Below, one piece after another: positions 1 through 9,101 of a DNA stretch of 42,508 bases (position 1 is its first letter; each line of letters begins with the position of its first letter). A program made the translations under genes and the position numbers. The notes under the pieces were generated by a model, which ran no database searches, had not been told where the DNA came from, and worked only from the letters and a program-made list of their open reading frames with translations. The stretch comes from Myxococcales bacterium (GTDB lineage: Bacteria; Myxococcota_A; UBA9042): positions 1 to 42,508 of the forward strand of contig JBBISH010000046.1 in the NCBI GenBank assembly GCA_037441385.1. Direction: 5' to 3'.

Positions 1-363
1 GAGAAGTTGGATCCGGCGATGAAGAAGACCTGGTCCGGCGCCACCTCGGGCGTGGGCGCCATCTACGAGTGGAGCGGCAACGACCAAGTGGGCAAGGGGC
101 GCATGACCATTGTCGAAACGACCCCCGGCAAACAGGTGAAAATCAAGCTGGAATTCTTGGAGCCGTGGCAATCGACCAACGACACGCGCTTCGACTTGGC
201 TGCGCAGGGCAACCAGACCACGGTGGACTGGGTCATGGAGGGTCGCGCGGACAACTTGGGCCACAAGGCGATGGGCCTGCTGATGGACATGGACAAGATG
301 ATCGGCAGCGATTTTGAGAAGGGTCTGGCGGACTTGAAGGCCCTGGCCGAGAAGCAGCCCTGA
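1..363 (+). CDS. SRPBCC/START-like (polyketide cyclase/dehydrase) family protein, 5' truncated by window edge
   Basis: Translation has the typical motifs GVGAIYEWSGN..VGKGRMTI, TTVDWVM and MDKMIGSDFEKGLADLK; stop TGA at 361-363. Confidence 0.85.
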   Translation, partial: EKLDPAMKKTWSGATSGVGAIYEWSGNDQVGKGRMTIVETTPGKQVKIKLEFLEPWQSTNDTRFDLAAQGNQTTVDWVMEGRADNLGHKAMGLLMDMDKMIGSDFEKGLADLKALAEKQP

Positions 364-370
364 ACTGCCC

Positions 371-2827
371 CTACAAGCCCTTGGCGAAGGCCGGGTCGAA
401 CTTCCAGGCCGCGTCAAAGAAACCCGAGACTTTGCCGCCACTTTCGTCCCACGTGAAGTAGTCGGGCATACCCGAACGGCTAGAGAACGGGACGAGCCAA
501 TACAGCAGCCATGTGCGATCGGCAGGTGCCCACATGGCGGCCCCCAACTTGTCGCCGGCATCGAACACCGTCTGCACAGCCACATCGCCCAGGCCTGTGC
601 CGGCCAGCTTGACCTCGCCGTTGCCCCAGCTGAGCGGGAAGCCCTTGGGCAGGTCCAGCTTGTCTGACGGCACACCCAGCCAAACCAACTGAAGTTGCTG
701 CCGAAGGGCCGGCGTGACCTTGCTGCTCGGCAACACCGAAGCCTGGCCGTTGCCGATCGCCGCCCAGCTGCTGGCGAAATAGGCCGCCACGCCCGCCAGC
801 GCCTCGTCGCCGTCGGGGAAGACCCAGGCCCACGGCTTTTGGTAGACCGCGTTGAACGGGCCGTAAACGCCAGGACGCTTGCCGTCTTGCGGGCCGATCG
901 CCATGGTCTTGGCCTCGACCTGCACCTCTTTGCCGTCCATCTTCAGCGTGGTGACGCCGGCCTGGGCCAGGATGGCCCCCTCGACGAGCAGGCTGCGCAC
1001 GTTCTGGGTGGTGAGCTCCACCCCGCCCTTGCCGTCGGCAGCGCTAGTCACCGTCACATCGTCCATCGGCGACACGGCTGAGGCGACGCGCAGCCACTCG
1101 TGCTTGGGGTTGTAGTACGGCCCTGGCGAGCGCCAGCTGAAATCCAGCCGCGGAATCTGCAGTTGCCGGGCATCGAACCAGCTGAACAGCTCGGGCCAGT
1201 CGACGCAATCGGCGCCGGGGCTGGCGTCGCCGTCCCACCAGTGCCCGGCGCCCTCTTCCCAGTGGTGGCCCACGTCGCCGCTGATGGCGCTGACGGCGTT
1301 GAACATGGCCAAGCCTTCTTTGTACGGGACGTTGTCGTCGGCGGTGCCGTGGATGACGTAGACCGCGTTCGGAGCCAAATTGCTCAGGTAAACGTGCGTG
1401 TCGCTGTGGGCGCGGGCGCGGCCGACCGGCCCGGTGGGCTTCTTGCTGCCCTGGTAGCTGTAGAACGAGCCCCAGCCGGCCGACGGCCCAAGGACGCGGA
1501 AGCGGTCGTTGTGGTGGGTGCCGACGGTCCAAGTACCGTGGCCGCCCATCGAGTGACCGGCCAAGTAGACGCGGTGCGGGTCCGTGCCAAAGCGGGCCAT
1601 GGCGTCGTCGAGCGCAAACAGAGCGTTGGCGTGGCCCCACTCTTCCCAGTCAAAGCCGAACGGCCGACGGTTGGTGGGTGCAGCGACGTAGATCTTGGGG
1701 TGGGCGTGGTAGGCGCCGGCTTGGCCAATTGCGTCGACGCCCGCGCCGTGAAGCGACAGCAAAAGCGGCTGGTTGGGGCCCTGCTCGACCGGCGGCCGCA
1801 CCCCGTAGTACTGCACCGAGCCGTCGTCCGGCGAGCGGAAGGTTTGGCGATAGGCCGCGTCCAGTGCCACGGTGGGCAGGTCGACCGTGAGCACGTAACT
1901 CTCTGGCCAGCCCGGGCTGTCGACCTGCAGGTGCAGGGGCCAGGTCTCGCCCGCGGCAGTCGGCGCAGCCGCAAGCTCCACGGCAAAGGCCAGCTGCGTG
2001 ACCATGCCGCCGGCCACGCCGGCCAGTTCGGTGGCGGTAGCCTTGAAGTGGTTGTCGCCCAGCACCCGCGCCGTGACGTGCTGCACCGCGGCTGCGACGG
2101 GCGCGCCAGGGATCAAGAGCGGCACCCCGATCCAGCGCGGGCTGGCGTCGCCGACCCGCAGGTCGGGCCGAGTCAAGTCCAAACTGCTCAGCAGCGCCCG
2201 ATGGGTCGTGGTGCGCAGCGACACGCCCAGGCCTTGACCACCGCGGCCGCGCACGACCAAAAGCGTTGTACCTTCTTGCAATTGCCCGGCAAAGCGCAAG
2301 GAGCCCGAGCCGTAGATGTCGCCGGGCAGCCGCTGCCCGCCCAGCCACGCGTCAAAGGCGCGGTCCAGACGCAGAACTACGCCCAGCGCCTGGGGTGTTT
2401 CCAGGGCAATGGCCGCGTACTGGTACTGGGTCCCGTTGCCCTTGGCCGGCAGCGCGCCGTCTTTGATCGACGCGGAAGTCCAGCTGGTACCGTAGGCTTT
2501 TTGGCCAGCACCCGGCAGTTCGAACGTACCCTGCTCCAGCGCTGGGCCGATCTGATCGCTGCCCGAGACCACCGCCGCCATCACCCACTTGCCTGGGGTC
2601 AGATCGGTGCCTTGGTCTGGGCCTGCGACCGGGGGAGGCGTCCACGGCGCGGTCTGGGTGTCGCCTCCGGTCGCCCCGTCTTGAACCGCGCCGGTGTCCG
2701 CGCTGCTCGACGCATCGCCGGCCGACGTGGTCACCGCGTGCACGCCGTCGCAGGCTGACAACGCCAAACAGGCCACCACGACCTGCAGACACAGCCAAGA
2801 ATCGATTCTCGCACGCCGCAAACGCAT
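371..2827 (-). CDS. Secreted/lipoprotein serine hydrolase (alpha/beta fold, S9 peptidase/esterase-like)
   Basis: Lipobox-like LALSAC and S/T/D linker; LHGAG oxyanion region, GHSMGG nucleophile elbow, HGTADDNVP and GAGHWW give a Ser-Asp-His triad; start 2827 or 2854 uncertain. Confidence 0.8.
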   Translation of the reverse strand: MRLRRARIDSWLCLQVVVACLALSACDGVHAVTTSAGDASSSADTGAVQDGATGGDTQTAPWTPPPVAGPDQGTDLTPGKWVMAAVVSGSDQIGPALEQGTFELPGAGQKAYGTSWTSASIKDGALPAKGNGTQYQYAAIALETPQALGVVLRLDRAFDAWLGGQRLPGDIYGSGSLRFAGQLQEGTTLLVVRGRGGQGLGVSLRTTTHRALLSSLDLTRPDLRVGDASPRWIGVPLLIPGAPVAAAVQHVTARVLGDNHFKATATELAGVAGGMVTQLAFAVELAAAPTAAGETWPLHLQVDSPGWPESYVLTVDLPTVALDAAYRQTFRSPDDGSVQYYGVRPPVEQGPNQPLLLSLHGAGVDAIGQAGAYHAHPKIYVAAPTNRRPFGFDWEEWGHANALFALDDAMARFGTDPHRVYLAGHSMGGHGTWTVGTHHNDRFRVLGPSAGWGSFYSYQGSKKPTGPVGRARAHSDTHVYLSNLAPNAVYVIHGTADDNVPYKEGLAMFNAVSAISGDVGHHWEEGAGHWWDGDASPGADCVDWPELFSWFDARQLQIPRLDFSWRSPGPYYNPKHEWLRVASAVSPMDDVTVTSAADGKGGVELTTQNVRSLLVEGAILAQAGVTTLKMDGKEVQVEAKTMAIGPQDGKRPGVYGPFNAVYQKPWAWVFPDGDEALAGVAAYFASSWAAIGNGQASVLPSSKVTPALRQQLQLVWLGVPSDKLDLPKGFPLSWGNGEVKLAGTGLGDVAVQTVFDAGDKLGAAMWAPADRTWLLYWLVPFSSRSGMPDYFTWDESGGKVSGFFDAAWKFDPAFAKGL

Positions 2828-2887
2828 GGGGCACCTCGCCGGGAGAGACACCAAGCCTATGCCTTTGCTCAGGTTACGTCCAGGCGG

Positions 2888-3997
2888 CTACGACGCGGGC
2901 AGCACTGCTTGCCGCCGCTCGCCCCAATGGCCGGCGGCGGTGGTCCACAAGCCCTGGCATGGGTTGCCACAGTGCGGGCACTTGCCGTCGCGCAGGTGGT
3001 AGGCGGTCACTTGGTAGCCGTTGCGGCGGATCAGCACCATGTGGCACCCGCTGCAGTAGGTGGCGCTGGCCTCGGCGTCGCGGACGTTGCCCACGTAGAC
3101 GTGCTGCAGGCCTTGAGCCAGCGCCACGGTCCGCAACCGGCGCAGCAGCGCAGGCGGTGTGGGCAGGTGGTCCAGCATCTTGAAGTCGGGATGGAAAGCC
3201 GACAAATGCAGCGGCACGTGCGGCCCCAACTCGCGGGCGATCCAACCGGCCAGGTCGGCCAGCTCTGCGTCGCTGTCGTTCTCGCCCGGGATGACCAGGG
3301 TGGTGATCTCGGTCCACACCTTGGCCTCGTGGACCATGAACTTCAGGGTGTCGAGGACCGGCTGCAGATGCGCGCCGCACAGACGCTGGTAGAAGCCGTC
3401 GCGAAACGACTTGAGGTCGACGTTGGCCGCGTCGTACAACCGGCAGAAGCGCTCGCGTGCCGCGTCACCCACATAACCCGCGGTGACGGCTACGGTCTTG
3501 ATGCCGCGCGCCCGGCAGGCCTGCGCCACCGCCTCGGCGTACTCCAAGTAGATGACCGGGTCGTTGTAGGTCATGGCCACCGACGGGCAGGCGTGCGCTT
3601 CGGCCAGGGCAGCGATAGCTTCAGGCGTGGCGCGGACTTGCAGGGTGTCGTCGTGGCGCGACTTGCTGATCGACCAGTTCTGGCAAAATCGGCAGGCCAG
3701 GTTGCAGCCGGCCGTGCCAAAGCTGAGGATCGGCGAGCCGGGCAGGAAGTGGTAAAGCGGCTTTTTCTCGACGGGATCGACGCACAGACCCGAGCTGCGG
3801 CCCCAGGTGGTCAGCACCATGCTGTCGCCGACTCGGCCGCGCACCCAGCACAGGCCGCGCTGCCCGTCGCTGAGCGTGCAGTGGCGCGGACACAGGGTGC
3901 AGCGGAGGCGGCCGTCGCTTTGATGTTCGCTGTAGCCCACCGGGACCAGGGACTCGTGCGGCCACAGGTTTTGGGCGGTCAGGAAGGGGTCGGCCAT
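2888..3997 (-). CDS. amrS: AmmeMemoRadiSam system radical SAM enzyme
   Basis: CTLCPRHC N-terminus, DPVEKKPLYHF, GCNLACRFCQNW (CxxxCxxC), TYNDP, NVDLKSF, YVGNV, C-terminal CxxC..CPxC. Confidence 0.9.
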   Translation of the reverse strand: MADPFLTAQNLWPHESLVPVGYSEHQSDGRLRCTLCPRHCTLSDGQRGLCWVRGRVGDSMVLTTWGRSSGLCVDPVEKKPLYHFLPGSPILSFGTAGCNLACRFCQNWSISKSRHDDTLQVRATPEAIAALAEAHACPSVAMTYNDPVIYLEYAEAVAQACRARGIKTVAVTAGYVGDAARERFCRLYDAANVDLKSFRDGFYQRLCGAHLQPVLDTLKFMVHEAKVWTEITTLVIPGENDSDAELADLAGWIARELGPHVPLHLSAFHPDFKMLDHLPTPPALLRRLRTVALAQGLQHVYVGNVRDAEASATYCSGCHMVLIRRNGYQVTAYHLRDGKCPHCGNPCQGLWTTAAGHWGERRQAVLPAS

Positions 3998-5628
3998 GGG
4001 ACACCGCCTGTTCGCTGGCCCACTGCCGGTGGCAGGTGCCGCATGGCATCGTCGGCCGGGGCGAATTGGGGATCGAGCTCCAGTGCCTTGCGCAGCAGCT
4101 GGCGCGCCTCGTCCACGGCGCCGCGGTCGCGGGCATCCAGGGCCTGCGAGTAGGCCAGCAGCACCTCGGGGCGCAGCTTGTGCGACGGCTTCTTGGCCAC
4201 CTTGGGCGCGGGCGGCGCCTCGGGCGGGCGCACCGACTGCAGCCCCTCGCGCAGGTTGCCGGCCAGCGACTGCTCGATGTCCATGAAATCTTCCAGCTTA
4301 CCGTCGGCACGGGCCGCCTTGACCAGCGCCGCCGTCTCGACGTGCACCACCCGCGCGTCGATGCGCAGCTTGCCCATGAAGTCGTTGATGCGCCCGAGCA
4401 CGAGGTACTGCGCCCCCAGCAGCTTGCCCACCTTGGCGGCGGTGGAGGGGTCGACGGCGCGGCCACGCTGAAGCTTCAGCTCGGCCAAGACCTCTTCCAG
4501 GCGCTCGCGCTCGACCAGCTGCACCCCTGGCTGGCCTTGCAGGTCCGTGATCAGCATTTGCGCCAGACCCTTGCGCATCGGCACCAGGTCGGCCACTTGC
4601 CCTTCGTAGTCGAAGTAAAGCAGCGCAGTGCGAATGGGCTGCTTGATGGCCGGCGCGGGCGCGGTCTTCGCGGGCGTTTCTACAGAGCGCACCGGGGCTT
4701 GCGCGGCCTGTGCCGCTTCGACTGGCAGGTTGGACGGCGCGCCCTGCTTCTTGGTGTGGGCCGAGACGAACACGAACTCGCCCTCGCCCATCCGCGCGAA
4801 CTGGGGGTGCTGCTGGGCGTGGTACTGGCTGGCGGCGACGCTGGCGACGTTGGGCTTGATGAAAGCCGCCAACTCATCCGTAGTTACGACCCCATCGCCG
4901 TTGCCGTCAGCCGCGCCGCCCAGGCCCTGCAGAAAGAAATAGGTGAACAGGCCGTGGCCCATGTGCTCGTGGGCCTCTTGGCCGCTGCTGCCGGCAGTCA
5001 GCGCGACGCGTACCGGACGCTGCGTAATTTCCTTGAGATAGTGCTTGGTCTCGGGCGACAGGCCCACCGCGCGGGTGCCGATCGACAGCCCCGAGTAGCA
5101 GGCGTCGGCCACATACAGCACATGCTTGGCCGGGTACTGGGCAAACCAGCGCTGCAGCTCGGCCATCGAGATGGCGGTGGACGCCGGCGAGTCGCGCTGG
5201 CCCTCGACCGGCATCAGGTAGCCCATGGCCGACTCGCCCTCGCCCCGCGACAGGCCGTGGCCGGCAAAGTACACCAGCACGCGGTCTTGCGGGCCGACCT
5301 GGCCGGGCAGCTGATCGCCCACCAGTTTGGTGATGGCGGCGCGGGTGGCCTGGCCGTTGAGCAGGAGCGAGACCGAAAAACCATGCTCTTTCAACGCTTC
5401 CGCCACCTTCTGGGCGTCACGGACGGCCCCGCCGAGCTGCGGCAGGCTCTGGTACTGGTCGATGCCGATGACGACGGCGTGCGACTTTTTGTAGACCTCG
5501 AGCGGTCCGTCGTCGGCACTGTCGACCGCGACGGCGCCGAGGGGTTCGGCGCTGCGGGTGGCGGCTACAGCAATCCCGGCGACCAGGAGGCCAAGGCAGA
5601 TCATCCATGGAATCAGGCTGCGGTTCAT
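3979..5628 (-). CDS. Secreted caspase-family (peptidase C14) protein with CsgG/FlgO-like domain and C-terminal TPR
   Basis: Signal peptide; AVVIGIDQY, YFAGHG (His) and DACYSG (Cys); VERERLEEVLAELKLQ...AAKVGKLLGAQYLVLG CsgG-like motif; ARQLLRKALELDPQF TPR. Confidence 0.85.
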   Translation of the reverse strand: MNRSLIPWMICLGLLVAGIAVAATRSAEPLGAVAVDSADDGPLEVYKKSHAVVIGIDQYQSLPQLGGAVRDAQKVAEALKEHGFSVSLLLNGQATRAAITKLVGDQLPGQVGPQDRVLVYFAGHGLSRGEGESAMGYLMPVEGQRDSPASTAISMAELQRWFAQYPAKHVLYVADACYSGLSIGTRAVGLSPETKHYLKEITQRPVRVALTAGSSGQEAHEHMGHGLFTYFFLQGLGGAADGNGDGVVTTDELAAFIKPNVASVAASQYHAQQHPQFARMGEGEFVFVSAHTKKQGAPSNLPVEAAQAAQAPVRSVETPAKTAPAPAIKQPIRTALLYFDYEGQVADLVPMRKGLAQMLITDLQGQPGVQLVERERLEEVLAELKLQRGRAVDPSTAAKVGKLLGAQYLVLGRINDFMGKLRIDARVVHVETAALVKAARADGKLEDFMDIEQSLAGNLREGLQSVRPPEAPPAPKVAKKPSHKLRPEVLLAYSQALDARDRGAVDEARQLLRKALELDPQFAPADDAMRHLPPAVGQRTGGVPWPTPS

Positions 5629-5771
5629 GGCCCCTGCGGTTGCCGGCGTGCGGACGGTTACAGGTCAAGGTTAGGACTGTGGCGGGGGGTTGTCGAGGGG
5701 GATGTGGAGGTGCGAGAAAGGTTGGATTTGGTTGGGTTTTAGTAGGATTCTTTTGGAGACGTCGACGGGGT

Positions 5772-5829
5772 GGCCCTCACCCCGACGCTTCGCGTCTGCC
5801 CCTCTCCCAACGCTTTGGGCGAGGGGCAA
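5772..5829 (+). repeat. REP-like double-hairpin element, left arm of inverted pair
   Basis: GGCCCTCACCCC-GACGCTTCGCGTC-TGCCCCTCTCCCAACGCTTTGGGCGAGGGGCAA; matches the reverse complement of 6379-6439. Confidence 0.85.
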
Positions 5830-5924
5830 TGAATTTCGAGGACTATCAGCCACTTTAGACGGGTACCAGCACACGATACAGCCGCGAACATGGAACTCAT
5901 GCAGCAATCGAAAGCACGATACGA

Positions 5925-6341
5925 TCATGAATTGTAGTCATTTTGACCTAGGACATCTCGACCTGGTCGGTCGCGGCGCGCAAATGGCACCGCCCGTGCA
6001 AGCACTTCCGCGATCTGGCGGGCTAGCGCATCGGGGTTGTTCAGGACGTCGTCGTTGCGAAACCGCAGGACCTGCCAGCCGTTCTCCGTCAACCACTGGT
6101 CCCGCAGCCCATCCTGCTCGGCCTGCCGTGGGTCGTCATGGACGCTGCCGTCGACCTCGACAACCAGGCCATGCGACAAGCACGCAAAGTCCACCACCCA
6201 ACCGCCAACGTGGACCTGCCGCCTGAACTTGTAGCCCCCCACCCTTCGACCGCGCAGCACGTCCCAGAGGACATCCTCCGCCGCCGTCGACCGGACCCGC
6301 AGCTTCCGATTCAGGGCAATGTCAACTGGCCGGTGAGGCAT
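5925..6341 (-). CDS. DUF559 / Vsr-like endonuclease domain protein
   Basis: RKLR..STAAEDVLW..LR, KFRRQ, VDF, VEVDGSVH, RDQWL...GWQVLRF.NDDV motifs; ATG at 6341 chosen because the longer ORF runs through the repeat and the next gene. Confidence 0.85.
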   Translation of the reverse strand: MPHRPVDIALNRKLRVRSTAAEDVLWDVLRGRRVGGYKFRRQVHVGGWVVDFACLSHGLVVEVDGSVHDDPRQAEQDGLRDQWLTENGWQVLRFRNDDVLNNPDALARQIAEVLARAVPFARRDRPGRDVLGQNDYNS

Positions 6342-6378
6342 CCCAACAACCGCAAACCTGAAAAGATTATTCCTAATT

Positions 6379-6439
6379 TTCCCCTTCGCCCAAAGCGTTG
6401 GGAGAAGGGGTGGCGCCGAAGGCGCCGGGGATGAGGGCC
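6379..6439 (-). repeat. REP-like double-hairpin element, right arm of inverted pair
   Basis: Reverse complement reads GGCCCTCATCCCC-GGCGCCTTCGGCGCC-ACCCCTTCTCCCAACGCTTTGGGCGAAGGGGAA. Confidence 0.85.
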
Positions 6440-6469
6440 TCGAGCCGCGACACCATCCGCACTCCCTAC

Positions 6470-7453
6470 TTACGGCACGTACGTCAGGGGGCCGACGATC
6501 TTGTCGGGGAGGCCGACTTGGGCGCCCGTAACTTGTACTAGCGGGCAGGCTAACTGGGTGGATTCTGTCGCGTTGGACTTGCAGTAAGAACTGTATGAAC
6601 CGTTGCTGTCTAGCTGCCACTTGCTTTGAAACCCGAACCCAACGGCGACACAAGGCGCGCCAACGGGCCCAGAAATCATGAGATAGCTCGGAACGCCACC
6701 AGTCGGCTTGACGTAGAAGACGACTCCGGAAAGCAGCGGGAGATATCCATTGACATTGCCAGCAACCTGGATCGCTCCAGGCCCTGTGCACCCCCACTGG
6801 CTGAATTGGAGCTCCTCACCACTAAGTCCGTTCTGCGCCATGATACGGAGCACGTGGCCTGTTGAGGTCTGAATCGAAAGCCAACTCGTGTAGGTACCAG
6901 GCGCGATCGTACCCAAGACTGCGCCAGTCGCATCCTTGACCTGTGGCCCCGCCCCACCCGACTTCCCCTTCAACCCCGCCACATCGCTAACCAAACCCTC
7001 CACCTGCGTCTTCAGCCCCCCGCTAGCCGCCGCCGCACTCCCCGCGACCTTGGCGCTATCCGCCTCCAGCGCATACGGCACCGCCGCAACCTTGCTCCGC
7101 GGCAGCACCACCTTCTGCGGACCCACGGTCAGCTCGGTCCACAACTCGCTCTGGTCGCGCACGGCCTGCACGCACTCGGCCGGCAGGGTCACCTGGAAAT
7201 TGCCCGTCCCCGCCTCGGCTTGCACGGGGGTGGCCGCGCACTTCTGGGTGCCACCACTGGCCGCGTCCCAGAACTTGACGACGACCTCCTGCGCGGTGGG
7301 GTACGGCTTGCCGTCCTGGTCGGTGAGGGTCCCGGCGTAGGTGAGCGGCGCCTGCTGCGGCGCCCCGGTCGCGGTGGCCCGGCCGACCCACAGCGCGGTG
7401 CCGGCCGTGGCTGCCAGCGCAAGCAGAATTCCTAGTACGTTGGCTGCCTTCAT
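6470..7453 (-). CDS. Secreted fibre/adhesin-like protein (LTYAGTL...VPYA N-terminal domain, short coiled segment, divergent C-terminal tip)
   Basis: ATG at 7453 overlaps the upstream stop (ATGA); signal peptide MKAANVLG..; LTYAGTLTD..FWDAASGGT..PRSKVAAVPYA resembles the N-terminal module of bacterial fibre-like proteins. Confidence 0.65.
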   Translation of the reverse strand: MKAANVLGILLALAATAGTALWVGRATATGAPQQAPLTYAGTLTDQDGKPYPTAQEVVVKFWDAASGGTQKCAATPVQAEAGTGNFQVTLPAECVQAVRDQSELWTELTVGPQKVVLPRSKVAAVPYALEADSAKVAGSAAAASGGLKTQVEGLVSDVAGLKGKSGGAGPQVKDATGAVLGTIAPGTYTSWLSIQTSTGHVLRIMAQNGLSGEELQFSQWGCTGPGAIQVAGNVNGYLPLLSGVVFYVKPTGGVPSYLMISGPVGAPCVAVGFGFQSKWQLDSNGSYSSYCKSNATESTQLACPLVQVTGAQVGLPDKIVGPLTYVP

Positions 7454-8946
7454 GGCCTCAGCCCTCCCGAGAAGCAGTAGCCCGCCGCGCACGGCCGCTG
7501 GATCAACCAGCCGGCGCCGCGGACCCGATAGCTGCCCTGCGCGGTCGCACCCACGGTGCCCAGCCCGCCGGTCGCTTTGTAGCCCTGCGGTTGGATGCAC
7601 GCGCCGTTGCTGCAGGATTTTCCAGACTTGGCGCAGTCTTCCATGACCGTTGCCGCGGTGCCGCTGGCGTTGCAGATCGACTTTTGCGAGCCCTGGCAGA
7701 AGGTCAAGTTGGCCTGGCAGACCGCGGTCTTGCACGCGCCAGCCTCGCACACGCTGCCGCTGGGACACAGCGTGTTCTGGTAGCCGCCGCCTGGCTTGCA
7801 GGTGGCCACGGTGGTCGGGTCGGCGCAGACGCTGCTGCCGGCCTGACAGGCGCTGGCGACGCAGGTCCCGCCCAGACACACCTCGCCACTTTTGCAGACG
7901 GGGAGCAAGGTTGCCGCGCTGCCGCTGGCGTTGCACTGCTTGGGCGCGCCGCCGTCGCAATACGCTTGGCCTGCGGTGCAGACCTGGGGGACGCAGGTGC
8001 CGCCGTCGCAGACCTTGCCGCTGCCGCAGCTAGCGGGGCTCCAGGCCAGGCCGGTCTCGGAGCAGGTGGCGAGCTGGCCGTTTTGGCACTCGGTCTTGCC
8101 GGGCTGGCAGATGGGGGTAAGGCACTGACCTTTGTCGCAGATCTGGTCGTCGGGGCAGTTGCTGGGGTCGAGCGTTGCGGTGCCGCTGTCGTCGCAGGTG
8201 GCCACGGCGTTGCCGGCGCAGACCTTGTCGCCGGGCGTGCAAAGGACCACGGCGCAATCGCCGGCCACGCAAGCGGTTTTCTCGGGGCAGGCGTCGCTCT
8301 GCCAGCTCAGGCCGTCGCCGCTGCAGGTCTTGACGGTGGTGGTGTCGCCGCAGACGGTGACGCCGGCCTTGCACAAAAGCGGAACGCACACGCTGTCTTG
8401 GCAGCCCTGGCCCGCGGCGCAGTCGCCAGCGGTCTGGCACTCGACGCAGAGGCCGGCGCCCTTGTCGCACAACTGGCCGGCCGGGCAGTCCTTGCTGCTG
8501 GCGCAATTCTTTGGGGCGGGCAGGCACTTGTGGGCCTTGCACACGCCGCCCTGGCAGTCGCTGTCGGCCACACAGGCCACGCAGATGCCGGCAGTGGAAT
8601 CGCACACCTGGCCCGCGGCCTGGCAGTCCTTGTCGCCGCTGCACGGGGTCTGAGCGACGCAGGTCCCGGCGAGGCAAAGGTCGTGGGCGCCGGGGCAGTC
8701 GGCGCTGTACTGGCAGCCGCTGGCGGGAATGTCGGCGGTGTCAGGGGAATCGGCTTCGCTGTCGACGGGTTCGCTGGTGTCGGTGGTGCTGCTGGCGGTG
8801 TCGTCTTGGGCCACGGTGTCGGTGGTGGTGGTGGCGTCCCCGTTGCCGGCCTTGGCCAGGGTGGCGGTGGGCGCGGGGTCGCTGCACCCGGCGAGGGCGA
8901 GGGCGACGAGCACACGCTCAACTGTGGATGGAACAAGGCGTTTCAT
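7450..8946 (-). CDS. Cys-rich repeat lipoprotein
   Basis: Lipobox LAGC, T/D/S linker, several short Cys-rich repeats, then six ~44-aa 6-Cys repeats and a short Gly-rich C-terminal module. Confidence 0.8.
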   Translation of the reverse strand: MKRLVPSTVERVLVALALAGCSDPAPTATLAKAGNGDATTTTDTVAQDDTASSTTDTSEPVDSEADSPDTADIPASGCQYSADCPGAHDLCLAGTCVAQTPCSGDKDCQAAGQVCDSTAGICVACVADSDCQGGVCKAHKCLPAPKNCASSKDCPAGQLCDKGAGLCVECQTAGDCAAGQGCQDSVCVPLLCKAGVTVCGDTTTVKTCSGDGLSWQSDACPEKTACVAGDCAVVLCTPGDKVCAGNAVATCDDSGTATLDPSNCPDDQICDKGQCLTPICQPGKTECQNGQLATCSETGLAWSPASCGSGKVCDGGTCVPQVCTAGQAYCDGGAPKQCNASGSAATLLPVCKSGEVCLGGTCVASACQAGSSVCADPTTVATCKPGGGYQNTLCPSGSVCEAGACKTAVCQANLTFCQGSQKSICNASGTAATVMEDCAKSGKSCSNGACIQPQGYKATGGLGTVGATAQGSYRVRGAGWLIQRPCAAGYCFSGGLRP

Positions 8947-9101
8947 GGCCCACGATTTCGTGGAGGTTGAGTGCAGCGTAGCCAAGGGAGGTGGCGGGGT
9001 CAAGGCGGCCGAGCTGGGAGCGGCGAGCGGCGCCTATCCGAACGCACCGACCATGCTATACTGCCAGAACGGCACAGCTTCGCGGCCGGTTCTCGGTTTT
9101 C

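Noticed and set aside
6470..6930. Diversity-generating retroelement target
   Set aside because: There is no template repeat copy or reverse transcriptase in the window.
7450..8946. Multiheme cytochrome or RiPP-precursor interpretation of the Cys-rich proteins
   Set aside because: No CxxCH motifs were seen; lipoboxes and even Cys counts per repeat point to exported disulfide-bonded proteins.
9069..9085. Sigma-54 promoter-like CGGCACAGCTTCGC
   Set aside because: The GG-to-GC spacing is 9 rather than the required 10.
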